Origin: Candidatus Hadarchaeota archaeon
Lineage (GTDB): Archaea > Hadarchaeota > Hadarchaeia > Hadarchaeales > Hadarchaeaceae
Direction of reading: 5' to 3'
DNA length: 32,000 nucleotides
Assembly (NCBI GenBank): GCA_964514965.1
Contig: CAZETV010000001.1
Location: 210,001-242,000, forward strand
Part shown: positions 1-9,224 of the stretch, piece after piece
Layout: every line of letters starts with the position of its first letter
Numbering within the stretch: the first letter of the stretch is position 1
Notes under the pieces: generated by a model
Database searches by the model: none
What the model was told of the DNA's origin: nothing
What the model saw: the letters and a program-made list of their open reading frames with translations, nothing else
Translations under genes and position numbers: made by a program

Positions 1-2
1 TC

Positions 3-302
3 GCGCAGGTCAGGCAGGCGGTTCGTGTGCCGGGTGTCGACAAGCGCCTGATGCTGATCGAGCCTACACCACGGGGACATGTTGAAAGTCCAGTTATCGG
101 TAGGGAAGCTGAGGTGGCGAAGCATGTCAATGTTAGCTTGGGGATTGTTCGAGAGCGCGTGCAGGTCCTGACTCGTAGGAAAGATGTAGGTCACACTGGA
201 ATTTTCATCCAACGCACACTTTTGCCAGACGAAAGTTTTGAGGAAGTTTTCAAGCGGTTGGTGGAGAGCCATCCGGAGATGAAAGTTCGACTCAAGAAGT
301 AG
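3..302 (+). CDS. C-terminal part of a longer unidentified protein truncated by the window start
   Basis: The frame is open to the window edge (AQVRQAVRVPGVDKRLMLIEP...) and ends at 302, overlapping the convergent lysS stop. No family was confidently recognised. Confidence 0.6.
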   Translation, partial: AQVRQAVRVPGVDKRLMLIEPTPRGHVESPVIGREAEVAKHVNVSLGIVRERVQVLTRRKDVGHTGIFIQRTLLPDESFEEVFKRLVESHPEMKVRLKK

Positions 303-1881
303 CTTCCTTAAGGCGCGAGATGACGAACTCCTTATCAAGAACCGATATGAAGCTGCCCGCTCGGGGGCCGGACTCCCTACCCAGCAAGACTAGATAAATA
401 GCTTTGAATAATTCGGGTGTTTTCAGATTAACTTGCTGGGCGAGTTCATAGATGTGGTTGTGAAGTTCGACCGGGGTAAAATCGCGGGAAGATATATCGG
501 TAGTCAACTGTGTCAAACCCTGTTTCTGTTTTTGGGTGAGGAGCCCTGCAGCTTCGGCAGGAAGGGTTTCAGTAACTTTGAACCGCAGACGCTCGGGTGC
601 ATATTTTGGTACCCAATTTTGCGCACACCTCAATCGGCGGAGGGCTAGTTTAATATCAACTTCGCTTGGGTCCGTTAGTATTCCTCTGGAAGTTAAAACG
701 TCGATTGTCTGCTTTTCATCTCGCATGACTTGGCTCAGCACTGCGGAAAATTTGAATGGTACACGCTGCACAGGTCGTTTTGACGTTTCGTGAATCTGGG
801 AAAGCTGGTAGATGCGCTTGAGCTGTTCTCCCTTTCGGGCACCTGTTTCAATCATGCCGAAATAGACTTGCTCCACGAGGTCGTACTCATCGTAAAGATC
901 CAGCAGCGCTAGTCCAGGGTCGAACTCCTTGGCCTTCATAGATTTACTCTTAAAGATGAAGTAGCGCAGAAGTTCGGGCTCGGCTATCTCAAGCCATTGG
1001 GGGAGCGTGAACACAACTCCTTTCGAAGATGACATCTGTTTGCCCTTGAGGCTGACCCATTCATATGGTACGGGATAAGGGGCTTTGTATCCGAAAATTT
1101 GTTTTGCGATCGATTTACCCGTATCGTAACTTCCGCCAACGACTGCATGATCTTTGCCGAAGGGCTCGCAGGTAACGCCGAGCAACTTCCAGCGCGCGGG
1201 CCACTCCACCCGCCAAGTCAGTTTACCCTGACCTTTGGTGAAATCGGCCTCTCCCTCATAACCACAGCCGGCAGCGTAGTCAGACCCCTCGCACCTATAA
1301 CTTACGTAGTTATCGTGCCAGCTGTACGACCGAGTAGTTGCAAGCTTACCGCATCGCTCGCACAATGCATCATAAGGCAGCCAGTCCTCGGGCAATGGTC
1401 TGGAACGGTATCGGTTGAGGATCGTGCGAATTTTGTCGGCTTTCTCGAGGGCGACTCGGATTGAATCAGCCATCTTTCCGCTTTGATAAATTTCTGCACC
1501 TGAGTAAACCTTCACATCGACTCCGAAATCGTCGAATGATTCGATGAACGGGCGGGCGAAGTAATCGACGAAATTTTTGTACTTGGGATCGGGCGAGGGA
1601 ATATCGATGTAGGGCACACCTAAGTACTGCGCATATTTTTCAGCCAACTCACCCTCGTTCAACGGCCAAGGTATCCTGCGCATGGGGTCGAAATCGTCGG
1701 CATACCAAAAAGCCTCCCCTTCGCCCCCTAATTCCTCTAGCGCTCTTCGGACCCCGTCTGCTATGAAGACATCATTGCAATGGCCAATGTGAATGTGACC
1801 GGAAACGGAGATTCCGCTGGCGATAACATGTTTTTTTCCCCGTTTGAGCAGGGTTTTTGCGACTCGGTCTATCCAGTGCAT
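292..1881 (-). CDS. lysS: Lysyl-tRNA synthetase, class I (archaeal type)
   Basis: 529 aa. HIGH-like motif 'SGHIHIGHCND' and KMSKS-like 'KMSSSKGVVF'; overall class I LysRS sequence. Confidence 0.95.
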   Translation of the reverse strand: MHWIDRVAKTLLKRGKKHVIASGISVSGHIHIGHCNDVFIADGVRRALEELGGEGEAFWYADDFDPMRRIPWPLNEGELAEKYAQYLGVPYIDIPSPDPKYKNFVDYFARPFIESFDDFGVDVKVYSGAEIYQSGKMADSIRVALEKADKIRTILNRYRSRPLPEDWLPYDALCERCGKLATTRSYSWHDNYVSYRCEGSDYAAGCGYEGEADFTKGQGKLTWRVEWPARWKLLGVTCEPFGKDHAVVGGSYDTGKSIAKQIFGYKAPYPVPYEWVSLKGKQMSSSKGVVFTLPQWLEIAEPELLRYFIFKSKSMKAKEFDPGLALLDLYDEYDLVEQVYFGMIETGARKGEQLKRIYQLSQIHETSKRPVQRVPFKFSAVLSQVMRDEKQTIDVLTSRGILTDPSEVDIKLALRRLRCAQNWVPKYAPERLRFKVTETLPAEAAGLLTQKQKQGLTQLTTDISSRDFTPVELHNHIYELAQQVNLKTPELFKAIYLVLLGRESGPRAGSFISVLDKEFVISRLKEATS

Positions 1882-1914
1882 GTAACCGAGTAGATTTAAT
1901 ATTGTACACCTAAA

Positions 1915-3090
1915 ATGTTAGCGGGTGTGAGATTGAAACCAGCCAAGCGTATGAAAGAAATCCCTCCGTCGAGCACGTTTAAAGTTTTGAACCTCGCCAA
2001 GGAACTCGAGCGCCAAGGAAAGGATATCGTCCACATGGAAGTTGGCGAGCCAGATTTTGACACTCCGGCCCACGTCAAGCGGGCCGCGGAGGAGGCCCTT
2101 GCGCGGGGGATGACAAAATATACACCGAGTGCCGGCCTGCCCGAGTTACGTGAAGCGATTGCGGAGCACTTAGCCACGAAGGGCATTTCCACGGATTCGA
2201 AAAACGTGATAGTTACTCCGGGAGCGAAACACGCTATCTTCTGCGCCTTGGCCGCAACACTTGACCCTGGAGACGAAGTGATAATTCCCAGCCCGTGTTG
2301 GACTTACGAAGCCATGGTGCGGATAGCTGGGGGTAAACCTGTGCTCATAGAGAGTAAACAATCTGATGAATTCAAGGTGAAAGTAGAACAAGTGCAGGAG
2401 GCGCTAAATAGAAATACAAGGATGCTTTTGCTCAACTATCCTAACAACCCAACCGGCGCGGTCATGCAACAAAAAGACCTTCAGCCCATCATCGATCTTG
2501 CTATCGATCATGAGCTTTGGGTTTTGTCCGATGAGATTTACGATTGCTTGGTGTACGATGAAAAACACATGAGCGTTATGTCGCTAGCGAATGCTGCTGA
2601 GCGCACGATTTACATCAACGGTTTTTCGAAAGCTTACGCGATGACAGGCTGGCGTTTGGGTTACGCGGTTGCACCGGTCGAATTGGTCAAGGAGATAAAC
2701 AAGATACAGCAGGCATCGACAACGTGCGCAGCGGGATTTGTACAAGCTGGAGGCGTGGCGGCTTTGTGCGGTCCTCAGGATTGCGTCCGTGAGATGCGTG
2801 ACGAATATCGAAAGCGTCGAGATGCGATCGTCAATGGATTAAACTCGATCGATGAATTCGAATGCGCAAAACCTGCAGGTGCTTTCTACGTATTTCCTCG
2901 CATCAAAAAACCGGAAGTTTCATCCTTAGATTTTTGCGAATCTCTTTTGCGCGAGGCGGGCGTTGCCGCGGTGCCCGGCAGCGGCTTCGGTCCCTATGGT
3001 GAGGGGCATGTACGTTTCAGCTATGCTACCTCGATACAGAATATCCAACGGGCGCTAGATCGGATAGAAGATGCTCTCGCAAAACGTTAG
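1915..3090 (+). CDS. Class I/II pyridoxal-phosphate aminotransferase (aspartate aminotransferase-like)
   Basis: 391 aa. 'VTPGAKHAIFCALAATLDPGDEVIIPSPCW', 'LLNYPNNPTGAV', and PLP-lysine motif 'GFSKAYAMTGWRLGY'. Confidence 0.95.
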   Translation: MLAGVRLKPAKRMKEIPPSSTFKVLNLAKELERQGKDIVHMEVGEPDFDTPAHVKRAAEEALARGMTKYTPSAGLPELREAIAEHLATKGISTDSKNVIVTPGAKHAIFCALAATLDPGDEVIIPSPCWTYEAMVRIAGGKPVLIESKQSDEFKVKVEQVQEALNRNTRMLLLNYPNNPTGAVMQQKDLQPIIDLAIDHELWVLSDEIYDCLVYDEKHMSVMSLANAAERTIYINGFSKAYAMTGWRLGYAVAPVELVKEINKIQQASTTCAAGFVQAGGVAALCGPQDCVREMRDEYRKRRDAIVNGLNSIDEFECAKPAGAFYVFPRIKKPEVSSLDFCESLLREAGVAAVPGSGFGPYGEGHVRFSYATSIQNIQRALDRIEDALAKR

Positions 3091-3122
3091 TTTAAATACC
3101 ATAAAAAAAAATTATACTAGGA

Positions 3123-3497
3123 GTGAAAATGTCGAAGAAGATAATGGTTGTAGATGACGAGCCCCACATTTGTGAAGCGGTTAAAATCAATCTGGAGGCC
3201 GAAGGGTTCAAAGTGTTAACCGCGTCAAGTGGTCAAGAATGTTTAGACATGTTGAAAAACGAGTCAGTTGATTTGATCTTAATGGATTTCTTTATGCCAG
3301 AGATGAATGGTAGAGAATTGTGTTCAAAAATCAGGAAAGACCCAAAATTAGCGTCCCTCCCGGTAGTATTTCTAACCGTTGCGCAATTTGGTGGAATAGG
3401 GAAGGAGAAATTACGTAAATTGAATATCGCAGATTACATAGCGAAACCTTTCGACAACTCTGATTTAATCAGAATGGTAAAGAAAATTTTTAGATAA
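3123..3497 (+). CDS. Stand-alone response regulator (receiver domain only)
   Basis: 'KIMVVDDEPHICEAV', phospho-Asp in 'LILMDFFMPEMNG', 'LTVAQFG' and 'AKPFDNSDLI'. GTG start at 3123 or ATG at 3129. Confidence 0.93.
   Translation: MKMSKKIMVVDDEPHICEAVKINLEAEGFKVLTASSGQECLDMLKNESVDLILMDFFMPEMNGRELCSKIRKDPKLASLPVVFLTVAQFGGIGKEKLRKLNIADYIAKPFDNSDLIRMVKKIFR
3417..3474 (+). repeat. 58-bp perfect inverted repeat, left arm (mate 7559..7616)
   Basis: AAATTGAATATCGCAGATTACATAGCGAAACCTTTCGACAACTCTGATTTAATCAGAA is identical to the reverse complement of 7559..7616. Confidence 0.95.
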
Positions 3498-3894
3498 ACG
3501 GGAAAAATTGAAAATTTCAGAATTATCTCTTGTAAGCAAAGGGTGAGGCACGGCGCCACCTGCTAGGATTGATTAGAAGAGCGTTACTTAAGTCTGTTTA
3601 TTCTAGGCTTTTGTCCAATTTTAGGAGAATTAACACCAATTTTATAAAAAAATTCGTTGAAATTTTGGGAATTGTGATAAAACACCTTTTTTTATGGCTT
3701 ATTACGAAGCTTTTAAAGTCTAAGATAAATGTTAATCAGTGGGGGTGAACAGGTTGGGCGAAGGCGAGGGCCTCGGAAAAATACTGTTCTTTTTCCGGCA
3801 AGCAATTGACGGAAATCAAGAGAGGTTAAGGAGGCAAAACTATGAAATCTGAAGAAAATGAGGTGGAAGTCTGAGTATTGATATCGGTTCCATA

Positions 3895-4167
3895 GTGGCT
3901 ATTGTCCTGTCCATCACATATATCGTTATCATCAGTTGGGCCCTTATCTATTTCAGAAAAACTATAAGAATGCTCAGCGGCGGTAAGAACTGGAAGTTAT
4001 TGATAGCGGGGGGCGCGGTATACGGTTTTAGCTTCATCGCCTTTTCACTATGGCATGAACACTCAATCGAATTTCTGATAAGCGACTTGAGCGGAGTGTT
4101 AGGGTCGGCTTTACTTTTGTACGGACTTATGCGGATGCACCGCTCGATAAAGAGGGCGAAAGGATGA
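3895..4167 (+). CDS. Small integral membrane protein upstream of histidine kinase
   Basis: 90 aa with about 3 hydrophobic segments. Its stop overlaps the histidine kinase start (ATGA). GTG start; the N-terminus is uncertain. Confidence 0.7.
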   Translation: MAIVLSITYIVIISWALIYFRKTIRMLSGGKNWKLLIAGGAVYGFSFIAFSLWHEHSIEFLISDLSGVLGSALLLYGLMRMHRSIKRAKG

Positions 4168-6098
4168 CAGTTCTCAGCTTCGTCGCTTTTATTATCATGC
4201 TCTTCGCGGTGTTTTATGCGTTCAGTATTCGGAGGATTTATCCGCATCCATTTTGGACTTGGTTCGGGATCGCACTCGTAGGAGCGACCTTGGGTGAAGC
4301 TGGACTCTTTTTACCTAGACCGGTTGCTGAATCGATTTGGCATTTCAATGTGCTCGTCCCCGCGTTGGTGGCAAGTGTATCAGCTCTAATCGCCGCTAAA
4401 AAATTGAAGGCCAGCGCCACATTTTCGAGGGCAGGGGTAGTTGTTGAGGAGAGAGGACTGTTGCGTGGGGAGTTGAGAGTGCTGAGGGCTTACACTCTTT
4501 TGACGAATCATTTTTTGGCAATCATCGCGCCACTTGTCCGAGTTGAACCTTTGAAATATACATTAAATAAATGCGTTGCCGAGCATGAGACACTAAAAGG
4601 TTGCGAAATAACCGACGAAGGGACGCTGAAAACGGATGGAATCATTAATCTTTTGAGTCGGATGAGTGAAGAGGAAGCTACACGAGAAATTTACAATGCA
4701 TTTTCGGCGCTTAATTCGAGCTTAATCGAGCTTTACGCGAATCTCACTTCGCCTAGAAATGCTAGCATAACTGCGGCATCAGCAGCGATGGCAGAAATAG
4801 AACCGTATGCTGATATCTTTAGCAAGACTGGCGTACCGTTTGGTAAACATGAAGAGGTTATTTACCAGTATGGAGTATTACTCCACCTGCCTGACGGTAT
4901 GGCAACACATGACAAAGCGAAAACATTCGCGTTTCTACTGTTCAAAGATGTTTTGGAGCCCCTCCTGAAGCGATGCAAATTGGAAACTGTCGATGCGGTT
5001 CGAGAGCTGATCAGAGAACTCATCGAGAAGAGGCTAATGACCGCCGGAATTAAAATAGCAAACGATGGGACGGTAGACCTCAGCGCGGTTTATGATGGAA
5101 TTGAGGGGTTGCCCACTGAAATGAGCATCAGGGGGGCAGTATCACTGTTTTCTGCCGCCGCGAAAGCCTGTCTTCCCGTTATTCAGAAAGATATAGGTTT
5201 TGAACTCCTGAAGGAGAATATTGAAAATTTTTTCCGTTTGATGATGGTAGAAAAACTGCCACCAGGGTTTGACACGTTAGTTTTTTCTGAAGCGATCAAC
5301 GTCCTACCAGAAGGCTTGCTAGAAAAGGAAAAAATGGAAATCTTGGAAAAAGACGAATTGGAAAGGAGAGTGAGAAAAAAAACCGCCGAACTGGAAAAGG
5401 CATATGCAGAACTTAAAGCGCTGGATCAGCTGAAGGACGAATTCCTCAGTATGATCGCACATGAATTGAAAACACCGCTGACACCTATGAGTAGTTTTTT
5501 GCAGTTGATTGAAAGCGAAAAACTTGGAGAAGTAACCGATAAGCAGAGGGATGCTTTAAAAATAATTTTTCAGGAGATCGGGCGCATGAGAGGCACAATC
5601 GATAAGATTCTGGAGATATCAAGGATAGAATCAGGAAAGATGAAGCTCGAACTTGAAAACTTGCAACTGACGGATCTTATCCAAAACACGATTGAGAAGA
5701 TGAGGCCGATAGCCGATCAAAAGGGTATTGCTCTTAATCAAGAGGTAATCGAATTGCCACTGATCAGAGCAGATGGAGAATGGTTAAGGGTTGTTTTGAA
5801 CAACTTGGTCGAAAACGGGATCAAGTTTACGCCTGAGGGACGCCCAATAACAGTCAGGGCCAAATTACAGGAAGACGCTGTTTTGGTCGAGGTGATAGAC
5901 ACTGGCATAGGGATTGCACCAGAAAACATCCCGAAGCTTTTCACGAAATTCTCCCAAATAGACTATTCCGTTCCGGGAGCTGGTCTGGGTCTGAGTATAT
6001 GCAAGATGATCGTGGAAGCACATGGGGGGAAAATAGGGGTGAAGAGTAGACTGGGTAAAGGCTCGACATTCTTTTTCAAACTACCGGTAAAAATATGA
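4164..6098 (+). CDS. Membrane-associated sensor histidine kinase (paralog A)
   Basis: 644 aa. N-terminal hydrophobic segments, about 300 aa of unassigned domain, HisKA H-box 'SMIAHELKTPLTPM', N-box 'LVENGIKFTPEG' and G-boxes 'DTGIGIAPENI...GAGLGLSICK'. Confidence 0.95.
   Translation: MTVLSFVAFIIMLFAVFYAFSIRRIYPHPFWTWFGIALVGATLGEAGLFLPRPVAESIWHFNVLVPALVASVSALIAAKKLKASATFSRAGVVVEERGLLRGELRVLRAYTLLTNHFLAIIAPLVRVEPLKYTLNKCVAEHETLKGCEITDEGTLKTDGIINLLSRMSEEEATREIYNAFSALNSSLIELYANLTSPRNASITAASAAMAEIEPYADIFSKTGVPFGKHEEVIYQYGVLLHLPDGMATHDKAKTFAFLLFKDVLEPLLKRCKLETVDAVRELIRELIEKRLMTAGIKIANDGTVDLSAVYDGIEGLPTEMSIRGAVSLFSAAAKACLPVIQKDIGFELLKENIENFFRLMMVEKLPPGFDTLVFSEAINVLPEGLLEKEKMEILEKDELERRVRKKTAELEKAYAELKALDQLKDEFLSMIAHELKTPLTPMSSFLQLIESEKLGEVTDKQRDALKIIFQEIGRMRGTIDKILEISRIESGKMKLELENLQLTDLIQNTIEKMRPIADQKGIALNQEVIELPLIRADGEWLRVVLNNLVENGIKFTPEGRPITVRAKLQEDAVLVEVIDTGIGIAPENIPKLFTKFSQIDYSVPGAGLGLSICKMIVEAHGGKIGVKSRLGKGSTFFFKLPVKI
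6021..6077 (+). repeat. 57-bp near-identical direct repeat, copy 1 (mate 11501..11557)
   Basis: CATGGGGGGAAAATAGGGGTGAAGAGTAGACTGGGTAAAGGCTCGACATTCTTTTTC. I count 3 mismatches to 11501..11557, both in histidine kinase 3' ends. Confidence 0.9.
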
Positions 6099-6351
6099 AT
6101 TTCATCATTTTTTGTTTGCCAAGAGTTTACATAGGGGGCGAAATATCTTCCAGCCACGCGGAAATGCAAAGTACACTTTTCAGTCTTTGAGAGAGTGTTT
6201 GAATCTAGGAAAAATTTTAACATCGGAACAAAAATAGCGAAACAAAATCTAACTTTCAAGCAATGATTACACTCGTCTTTCATCGTAGAAAACAAAACAC
6301 AAAACTATTAATATGACGGTCAAGATAATAAATTAGAATAGGAAGGAAAAC

Positions 6352-7518
6352 ATGACTAAGAAACTGGTTCTAGCTGATCTCTTTTTCAACACCGAAAAAG
6401 GGTTTGAAGATTATGGCATGGTGACTTGGGGTAAGGAGCGCAAAATCAATGTTAATCTAGTGCATACGGAGACACTTTCAGCCTATGATGCCTTCATGAA
6501 CGCAACCAAACTTGGCATTTGCAGATACGACGTTACCATGATATGGGGTGGTCTCATCCCCTCAATAGCGGCAAGGAGATACGTCTTGAATCTAGATGAT
6601 TATGTGACCCCTCAGAAAATAGCTGGTTTCCTTCCAGCCAGCATGACCTACATGGATTACAGGGGCTCTTTGTATGCTCTACCCGTAGTATCCAACGTTA
6701 TGGTGTTTTATTATCGGACGGACCTGATCAAAACTCCACCCGCCACGGCGGAAGAATTCCTAGAGCTATCGCGAAAATTCAGCAGGCCCCCTTATCTGTA
6801 TGGATCTGTTTTCTCACTTGCGAGGGGTCCTGCTTTGGTGAACAAGTTTCTAGTCTGGCTGTACACGAACGATGGCAAGCTGTTCGATGAAGACGGCAAA
6901 CCCGCTTTCAACAGTAGAGAAGGAGTAGAAGCCTTGCAGTTCATGGTGGATTTGGTAAAGGTAAGCGGCAGCACCCCCCCTGCGCTGAAGTATTTGGATA
7001 CACTGAGTGAATTGGGCTATTTCGCCTCGGGGAAAGCGGCCATGGCGGTAAATTGGTCAACCATTGGTCAGATTATTGACCCCAGATCAGTTGTGAAAGA
7101 CAAGTGGGCCATCGCTCTGATCCCGGGGATTAAGCACACGGCATCCCTGATCGGTACGGACGGATACATCGTTTCTCCTTACACTCGTTACCCAGAGGAA
7201 GCGGTCGAACTGGCTAAGTATATGACAATGAATTACGAAGTGGCAAAACGTCGCATGTTCTACGGAGAGCTACCAGCGCTAAAAGCCGTTTGGAAAGACC
7301 CTGAAATAGTGGCGAAACGTGGACCTTTCCTCAAGGTAGTCCAGGAGCAGCTGAAATCCTCGAAGGTCGAGTTCAATCATTCCGAGCTAGCGAGGGAGTT
7401 TACAAACCCGATGGTAAACGAAATACAATCCGCGTTGCTCAGACAGAAAACACCCGCACAGGCGTTAGATGACGCCGCGGCCGCAGTGGAGAGGATACTC
7501 GAGATAGGGATAGTTTAG
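6352..7518 (+). CDS. Extracellular solute-binding-protein family 1-like protein lacking a signal peptide
   Basis: 388 aa. 'GSLYALPVVSNVMVFYYRTDLIKTPPATAEEFLELSRKF' and 'ASGKAAMAVNWSTIGQI' are typical of the sugar-binding family. SD-like AGGAAGG lies just upstream of the ATG. An in-frame TAG at 6334 excludes an N-terminal extension. Confidence 0.85.
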   Translation: MTKKLVLADLFFNTEKGFEDYGMVTWGKERKINVNLVHTETLSAYDAFMNATKLGICRYDVTMIWGGLIPSIAARRYVLNLDDYVTPQKIAGFLPASMTYMDYRGSLYALPVVSNVMVFYYRTDLIKTPPATAEEFLELSRKFSRPPYLYGSVFSLARGPALVNKFLVWLYTNDGKLFDEDGKPAFNSREGVEALQFMVDLVKVSGSTPPALKYLDTLSELGYFASGKAAMAVNWSTIGQIIDPRSVVKDKWAIALIPGIKHTASLIGTDGYIVSPYTRYPEEAVELAKYMTMNYEVAKRRMFYGELPALKAVWKDPEIVAKRGPFLKVVQEQLKSSKVEFNHSELAREFTNPMVNEIQSALLRQKTPAQALDDAAAAVERILEIGIV

Positions 7519-7535
7519 CTGAACGTTTTCGATAC

Positions 7536-7904
7536 CTATTTTATAAGCCTTTTTACCCTTCTGATTAAATCAGAGTTGTCGAAAGGTTTCGCTATGTAAT
7601 CTGCGATATTCAATTTGCGCAGCTTCTTCTTCCCAACTTCGCCGAATTGTGCGACGGTGCGAATCGCTACTTTGAGGAACTTTAACGTGGGATCCTCTCT
7701 TATCTTTTCAAGCACTTCCCTGCCATTCATTCCCGGCATGAAGAAATCTAACAAGACTAGGTCGACTTGTTCATTTTTTAATTTTTCCAAACACTCTGGT
7801 CCACTTGCAGCGGTCAGAACTTTTAATCCTTCGGCTTCAAACATTGCTTTCATCGCTTCACGAATGGGCGCCTCGTCATCTACAACCATTATCTTCTTCG
7901 ACAT
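7536..7904 (-). CDS. Stand-alone response regulator, paralog of 3123..3497
   Basis: 'MSKKIMVVDDEAPIREAM', 'LVLLDFFMPGMNG' and 'AKPFDNSDLIRRVKRLIK'. The longer track ORF (to 8015) has an implausible N-terminal extension; homology to the paralog begins at MSKK. Confidence 0.92.
   Translation of the reverse strand: MSKKIMVVDDEAPIREAMKAMFEAEGLKVLTAASGPECLEKLKNEQVDLVLLDFFMPGMNGREVLEKIREDPTLKFLKVAIRTVAQFGEVGKKKLRKLNIADYIAKPFDNSDLIRRVKRLIK
7559..7616 (-). repeat. 58-bp perfect inverted repeat, right arm (mate 3417..3474)
   Basis: The reverse complement matches 3417..3474 at all 58 positions, inside the 3' end of the paralogous response regulator. Confidence 0.95.
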
Positions 7905-8351
7905 TTTTCTCAAATAAAAAAGAACTTTTGCTCTCTTTAACTCTTGCGGCGCCAAGCGGCAGACAGCAATTCTTTTAAGGGCGGGACTTGACGCAAAGCC
8001 ATTCTGGTAGCTCAATTCGGGATAATAACCAATACGTGAGTAGTATTCAAAGGTGTAATCTCAAAGCACATACTTTTTTCATTGTCGATTGTATAGAGTC
8101 CATTGTAATCGAAAATTGTTTCAAGTGATAGGATGGTTGGAAAAGGTGAAGAATAAAATAGTCAAAAGCAAATCCAATTTGTTAGTCACGATAGACCCGA
8201 GTAATTTTTCAAACAGACAATTCGCAAATATGAGGAGAAAAATGAAGGAGATGAATGTAAAATAATTTGTGTATATGTGAAAAGTTACATAAGGTTAATC
8301 AAAGATGGAGGATATATCTGAACACGAAATCAGCTAGAAGCAGGCGTTTAA

Positions 8352-9224
8352 ATGCAAAAACATAGTATGACGAAAATAGCGAAGGGAGTGTTTTGGATAC
8401 ACAGGCCACAGCTTTCTATAATGGCGTTTCTTATCTCTATTGCCGGAATCTTTTTAGCAGGCGGGTTTGATTTGGTCCTAATGTTAGAGGTGGGTTTCTT
8501 ATTCTGGTTTATACAGTGTTTAGCCCACCCAATAAATGACTACTTCGATAGAAAATCAGATGAAACTGGCAGGCCAAGTGCGCCGATTCCTGCAAAATTG
8601 TTAACTTTAAAACAAGCCAAAATTATTATTGGTCTGGATTATATTACTGCGGCAATCTTAATCATAATCATACCTCTGAATCTCACAGTTAAAATTTTCG
8701 CGACAATTGCCCTTTTTCACACTTACATCTTTTCTGCACCCCCTGTTCATGCAACCGCAAAAGGCATTTTGGCGAGTATTGTACTGGCCACCGCATTTAT
8801 TACAACATTCTTAGGCGGGTGGGTGGCAGCAAGTGGGTGGAGATATGACCCCATCCTCATACCTCTTTCTTTGCTCATAGGTTCTACGCATATGACCGCG
8901 AAAAATATTGCAGATATTATTGACGTGCACTCAGATAAAAGATCAGGACGTGTCACGCTTCCGATGCAGATAGGTGTCAAGAAATCGTTTTACGTAGCGG
9001 CTTTTTTTGGAATATTCACCATTTTTTTGTTTTTCTTATCAGATTTCTTTTGCCGTATGAATGTCCTTTACTTGGCTACAGGTGCGATCGGTTCTATTAT
9101 TACCTTTCTGTGTCTTTTCTATTTTCAAAAAGATTTTGGTAAAGTGACGGGGAGAAAATATTTTGAAATATCCACGCTACCAACATTTATATTTCCTATC
9201 GCGATAATACTGGGGTCAATCTGA
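8352..9224 (+). CDS. UbiA-family prenyltransferase-like membrane protein
   Basis: 290 aa polytopic protein with Asp-rich motifs 'HPINDYFDRKSDE' and 'DIIDVHSDKRSGRVTLP'. Confidence 0.85.
   Translation: MQKHSMTKIAKGVFWIHRPQLSIMAFLISIAGIFLAGGFDLVLMLEVGFLFWFIQCLAHPINDYFDRKSDETGRPSAPIPAKLLTLKQAKIIIGLDYITAAILIIIIPLNLTVKIFATIALFHTYIFSAPPVHATAKGILASIVLATAFITTFLGGWVAASGWRYDPILIPLSLLIGSTHMTAKNIADIIDVHSDKRSGRVTLPMQIGVKKSFYVAAFFGIFTIFLFFLSDFFCRMNVLYLATGAIGSIITFLCLFYFQKDFGKVTGRKYFEISTLPTFIFPIAIILGSI

Noticed and set aside
433-1499. Several plus/minus ORFs (433..648, 536..793, 1099..1464, 1302..1499) over lysS
   Set aside because: They overlap a strongly supported class I LysRS gene, and their compositions are typical of antisense or off-frame reads.
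5963-6295. 110-aa minus-strand ORF over the 3' end of histidine kinase A
   Set aside because: It is antisense to the conserved HATPase region. The similar ORF 11161..11610 ('KKNVEPLPSLL') mirrors the repeat in the kinase genes and is not an independent protein family.
7905-8015. N-terminal extension of the minus-strand response regulator
   Set aside because: The extension is not similar to the paralog, which begins MSKKIMVVDDE. Start reassigned to 7904.
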